Shown: piece after piece, positions 59,583 through 64,000 of the stretch
Layout: every line of letters begins with the position of its first letter
How positions within the stretch are numbered: the first letter of the stretch is position 1
Assembly (NCBI GenBank): GCA_000002445.1
Contig: CP000068.1
Span: 64,001 to 128,000, forward strand
Length of the DNA: 64,000 nt
Reading direction: 5' to 3'
Source: Trypanosoma brucei
Taxonomy: Eukaryota
Translations under genes and position numbers: made by a program
The notes under the pieces: generated by a model
The model's input: the letters and a program-made list of their open reading frames with translations, nothing else
What the model was told of the DNA's origin: nothing
The model's database searches: none

Positions 59583-61151
59583 ATGTCAACGATGCCTGTT
59601 ACATTACGCACTACTGCAACAGTATTTCTCCTCTGCGGCATATGTGCGCTCGATGTGTCCAAGGCAAGCAACTTACCTGTCGCATATAAGCAGTATGTAA
59701 CAATAAATGGGCGGAAACTTGACGGGCGGGGTGCTTTGACACTGTGTACCATGAAAAAGTTGCTTGACGGTGTTGCTGATAGAGCAGACTTTCTAGAGAG
59801 GCAATCCTGGAAATATTTGAAGACAGTGCAGGAAATTTTTCAGAAAGTGTCAGAGCATGATGATATGAAGGCGGCCCTTGGCGAAAAGAAGCTGCAGGAA
59901 ATGCATAATGTAATGGCCATATCAGCAACCACTGGAACGTACGTTGGTGAAGCGTGGGGAAAGGCGAAGAGGGCTGCAGCGAACTCGAGCAAAGTTCTCA
60001 AGGAGTTGCTAAAATGGCACTGTATAAACAAGGAAGCAATCCGTGATTCGTTTGACCATATGGCTAACGCAAACTGCGATCCCAGTGCGTATAAACATGA
60101 CTATCATCGAAATTTTGGACATGATGACGCTCGCGCATACGTTATATATTGCGAGTACAAGTCTATTCCGGCTGCAAAAACTGATGTGACCTTCTCCAAC
60201 ATGGAGGGGGCAGTCGAGGCATGGAATCGAGCAAAGCCCAAGGCTGATGCAAGGGATGCTGTTGAGTGCAGCAGCGGCCATTCGTCAAGAAGTGCGTCCT
60301 CCTCCGATAAACCATGCACGCTGCTTGAAAGTTGGCGGTGGGACTACGACTTGGCAGCACATTGCATTGAAAAACTTGAAAGATACACCAGAAATGCATT
60401 ACAAACAGTTCATTACGCTCAAAAATTCCTACATAAAGGAAAGGAGTCTCTTGCACAGTATCTGGAATGGAAAAAAGCAGCAGAGGCGCGGGCGGCGGAG
60501 GAGGAGGCGAAACGCCAGGCTGCTGAGAAGGCTGCTGAGGAAGCGAGAAAGGCTTTGGAGGAGGCTGAGGCGAGACGAGTGGCTGCTGAGGAACAGGCGG
60601 AGGCCAGGCGCTTGGAAGCTGAGAAGGCTGAGAAGGCAAAGGAGGCGGGTCAGCCGGTGAGTGAAGAAAAGAAAAAGATGTTGCTGGAGGCTGTTGAGGA
60701 AGCTGAGGCAACTGAAAAGGCTGCAGAAAAGCAGGTGAAAGATTCGAGAAAGGCATTTGAGGAAGCGGAGGAGGAGCGCGTCAAAGCCACCGAAGATGCA
60801 GAAGTTGCGCGGTGGGACAAGGAGGGCGCCGAGGAATCTGAAGAGGAACTGAAGAAGGATGTAGAAAAATTGGCTGAGGAATTGAAAGAGGAGTCGAAAG
60901 AAAGTGGTGAAGAGGACGACGTAAACGCTGACCATGATGATGAGGGCAGCGAGGCCAAGAGTGGCTGGATTGGGACAACGAAAGTGTTAATATTTTTAAT
61001 TCCTTTGCTTTTGCTGTTGCTTGGGTTGCTTGTGTTCTTTGTTATTAGGGGCCGTAGGAAGGCTGAGGTGAAGGATGATATAAACATAGAGGAGGCTAAT
61101 GCTAAAAGCAAAAATACGAAGACCGCAGCAGGTTTCGACAGTGATATTTAA
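59583..61151 (+). CDS. ISG75: ISG75-type, copy F (522 aa). It is the closest relative of copy A, in inverted orientation.
   Basis: As for copy A. Confidence 0.8.
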   Translation: MSTMPVTLRTTATVFLLCGICALDVSKASNLPVAYKQYVTINGRKLDGRGALTLCTMKKLLDGVADRADFLERQSWKYLKTVQEIFQKVSEHDDMKAALGEKKLQEMHNVMAISATTGTYVGEAWGKAKRAAANSSKVLKELLKWHCINKEAIRDSFDHMANANCDPSAYKHDYHRNFGHDDARAYVIYCEYKSIPAAKTDVTFSNMEGAVEAWNRAKPKADARDAVECSSGHSSRSASSSDKPCTLLESWRWDYDLAAHCIEKLERYTRNALQTVHYAQKFLHKGKESLAQYLEWKKAAEARAAEEEAKRQAAEKAAEEARKALEEAEARRVAAEEQAEARRLEAEKAEKAKEAGQPVSEEKKKMLLEAVEEAEATEKAAEKQVKDSRKAFEEAEEERVKATEDAEVARWDKEGAEESEEELKKDVEKLAEELKEESKESGEEDDVNADHDDEGSEAKSGWIGTTKVLIFLIPLLLLLLGLLVFFVIRGRRKAEVKDDINIEEANAKSKNTKTAAGFDSDI

Positions 61152-64000
61152 ACACTATCACAGGTGCCCGAACACGAAGGAACAGACATAGGCATTTGTG
61201 TGTATGATTTTGGAACTGGAATTGAAATTAGGTGCTTGATGCAATTTAACGGTTTCCACGCAAGGTTTAGTGGAAATATTATACGCCATTAATTGTCCTT
61301 GTGGCTCCATTCAAATTGTTGATGCTTGCTTAATGTTATTTTTATAAGGTACTTTCGGGTGTAACGGTGCAGGGTGAACGTTCCTTTTGGCGTTAGTTAA
61401 CTGTTCCGCCCATCCCCTCTTTTTGCTCTTCACCCTTTTTCTGTTGCTTGTGTGAATTGTTTGTGGTTACCGCAGGGAATTATTACCTTCTTTTATTGAG
61501 AGTGGTGGTTCAATGTTTGGAAAGGGACGGTTACTACTGTACGCACTTGCAATGCTGTTGTTGTTTGCTTCCTGACGTGTACGAAGGAAGGGAAGTTAGA
61601 GTTTTATGGGTAGCTTAGCTTGAGGGCGCGTGCATGCGTAAAGCTGCTTAATTTTATTCGTGTACTTTTATAAAGATGTGTATTGGTGAGGTACGTGCAA
61701 ACACGCAGTTGGCTGACTGAGTTGAATCAACTGCAATTGCATGTGTTTGGCCGGTGAGGCGCAGCACGTAAAGGGCAATAGGGACGATTAAAATGACTTG
61801 AGTACATTTGTTGGGGGTCGGTTAACAAGATGGTAACTACAGGAAAGAGCGTTTGGACGGAGTTGAATGTTCGCTTTGATGGTTCGTTATTGCTGATATT
61901 CTCCTTCAGTCCCCCGTAAGAACATTAATGGGCTAGACATATAGGGAGACAAGTATAATTGCGGATCCATGCGAATACGTAAGTACTTGCTGAATTGAGA
62001 GGGTATTGGTAAACGAATAAGTTGTGCGGCATCGTACCACCTTCATGGTTACCGCTGGTGCAGGCCGTTTCGACACTCTTTAAGGAATCAGCAACGATAT
62101 GCATTGGAGGAACGGGGTAACATGTGAATGTGAATGTGAATGAAGGAAATTGTGAGGAGCAGTTGGGTCAAACGCACGCAAATGAGGCGCCTTGAAGCGC
62201 CAAAATAAACGTTCCGCGGGGCGGATGGCCCTTTTGATGACGGTCGGAAAAGGAAAGGGATGCCCCTGGGCCCATTCCATACCCCACAAGTGCACAAGTG
62301 AGTTTGCGCTGACCGACGCCGGTGGGTTCAGTGCCTGCCGAAACCCCTGCAGCCAACCACGGCACTGAGGAAGATATTGGCAAATCGCATTTGTTGGCGT
62401 AGCCGCTGAACTCCGTGTGGTGTGGAAACCCCGATGCTTTTGCTATTGTAATTACCGCGCGGTCTCAACAGCTGGCGCATAATTGTGGGAGGGCAGGTGG
62501 CATCAGTACTGTCGCCCGCCTAAGGGCGTAGCTTGCCAACACTTAATGTGTGACGGGGGGAAATGGTGTGCATTTGGATCCCCGTAAACGAGGAAGATAA
62601 CCAAAGGCTGGGAATATGTTTCAAATGCCATTGTTAAGGCGACTTCACTCGAATGGAAGCGAGGCGACATGTGTGGGTTTAGGCGCATGAAAGGAACAAA
62701 AGAGGCGCCACCATCCGGGCGCTTGAGAGACGTAGAGAAGACGCGGGTGTTATTTGCCTCTCGAACTGTTTGGATGCCCAACGGAGTGGACGGGACGTCA
62801 TCGGTGAGACTTGATTATTTCAACGAAACCCTCCTTTACCATTGCTTGGAATTTAGTGCGAAGGCGTATGTTTTGTTCCCCGCGAATGCCGTCAAATAAA
62901 TGGGCGTATCTATTTATTTTTTTGGAGACCCCCGGGCAGCTGTTGGGGCTCAGATATCTGTGACAAAGCACACCACTAGCTGAGGAAGCAAAGAGCCCTT
63001 TGTATTACACCGTGCGAATGCGACAGAAACTGGGGGAATGTAACAATGCACTTTCGGTAGATGTACGACATTAATAGCGCCATTGGCGCGTCGCAGTTAG
63101 GAGGGGCACTGGGCAGGCAATGGAAGCGATAATTACAAACACGCGACACCATCGCATCTCAATTAAACGGCGAAATAAATGGATCAACTGATCGAATTTT
63201 GGGAAACCCACACAACGATAGCGCCATCACCACCGCACATCTATCGGGTTTGCATGTGGTTTGCAGTTCCCTCTTGTAGTGAACACACTGCATTTTCATT
63301 CGTATCGCATGCGCGAAGGAAGTTCACACACAACTCGGTGACGATTTTAAAATTGGGTTGCCTCGCCCCCTCCCTCTTCCCTCACCATCGCGACCCTTCG
63401 TCTTCCTTTTTATGCTCTTCAGAGGTTGCAATTGATGATGACAGTAAAGACACGCCTTGTCCCTTACCGAATCTCTCGTTCTCCACCTCCTGAGTTATTT
63501 TCGAAGGAACCATTCCCTGACGTGATTCTCTTCTGTTCCTAATTGGTGCTACTGAAGAAGGGTCGTTTGGTTTAGCCTTTCTATTATTCTTTTACGCAAG
63601 CTATTCCCCGCCTTGAAATTGAGTAAGGTTGCGTTTCGTTTCAGAGAGGGGAAGTAACCGCTGGCGCTGCGATGCGAGCTAACACACGTGGTACTCACAA
63701 GCTCCACTCTAAATTTAATGCATTCCATATTTTCTCCTGTAATGGTTCCTATACTCACCACCAGGGGATATCATACAAACTGAGCATAAACTTAATTGTT
63801 CCAGAACAAAACTACGAGCAACATTCGGGGATGTTAAATGTCCACTTCTCCGATACAAATGAGCGCTAGTCGTCATCAACGCCCCAACCCCATTAATGTT
63901 TGCCATTTTGTTCCACTTCACACACACACAAACGCAACGAAGGCGCTTGTGCCCTTCTTTTTTCTTTTCTCCTTTAGATGGGGCGGGAGTTGATACTCTC

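Larger units (their letters stand above)
57149..61395. repeat. Right arm of the large inverted repeat (ISG75 copies E and F plus flanks)
   Basis: See left arm. Confidence 0.75.

Noticed and set aside
1-64000. A search for a prokaryotic-style novel defence or mobile 'system' (operonic toxin-antitoxin, restriction, CRISPR-Cas).
   Set aside because: The window is kinetoplastid nuclear DNA: it has trypanosome-specific retroelement termini, ESAG4-type cyclases, and ISG-type surface proteins with polypyrimidine/AG processing signals. I see no bacterial operon structure, RBS or sigma promoters. The novel candidates are therefore reported as eukaryotic surface or secreted proteins instead.

Overview
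This window reads as kinetoplastid (African trypanosome, Trypanosoma brucei-like) nuclear DNA, not a prokaryotic locus. Genes sit in same-strand blocks separated by long AT-rich intergenic stretches, and upstream polypyrimidine tracts point to trans-splicing. Layout from left to right: (1) bases 1-1071, the 5' end of an ingi non-LTR retrotransposon on the minus strand, with an intact N-terminal ORF carrying a 2A-like DVEENPGP motif and an AP-endonuclease domain. It abuts a truncated ORF that ends exactly at a GTPGIGK Walker-A motif (1101-1898), which I interpret as an RHS-type pseudogene hit by the retroelement. (2) A 6.7 kb gene-poor AT-rich stretch. (3) A 2OG-Fe(II)-oxygenase-like gene (8589-9551, minus). 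(4) A 407-aa type-I membrane glycoprotein gene (12126-13349, minus). (5) Two copies of a receptor-type adenylate cyclase of the ESAG4/GRESAG4 family (15857-19567 and 21265-24888, both minus) with block-wise mosaic divergence. (6) A roughly 8.6 kb region with no convincing coding sequence, containing poly-C and GC tracts; I infer a divergent strand switch here. (7) A lone plus-strand gene for a 487-aa secreted, heavily N-glycosylated protein (33653-35116). (8) A convergent gap. (9) An array of six invariant-surface-glycoprotein ISG75-type genes: four on the minus strand (40475-48561, one of them a divergent 552-aa paralogue) and two on the plus strand (57424-61151). The two arms face away from an 8.3 kb strand-switch region rich in microsatellites and G-tracts, and each gene is preceded by a conserved ~600 bp flank repeat. 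I found no CRISPR array, rRNA gene or convincing tRNA gene. The family and organism assignments come from recalled motifs in the translations, not from database searches. In my judgement the most novel candidates are the lone plus-strand secreted protein, the divergent ISG75-like paralogue, the unassigned 407-aa membrane glycoprotein, and the inverted ISG75 array around a putative transcription start region.
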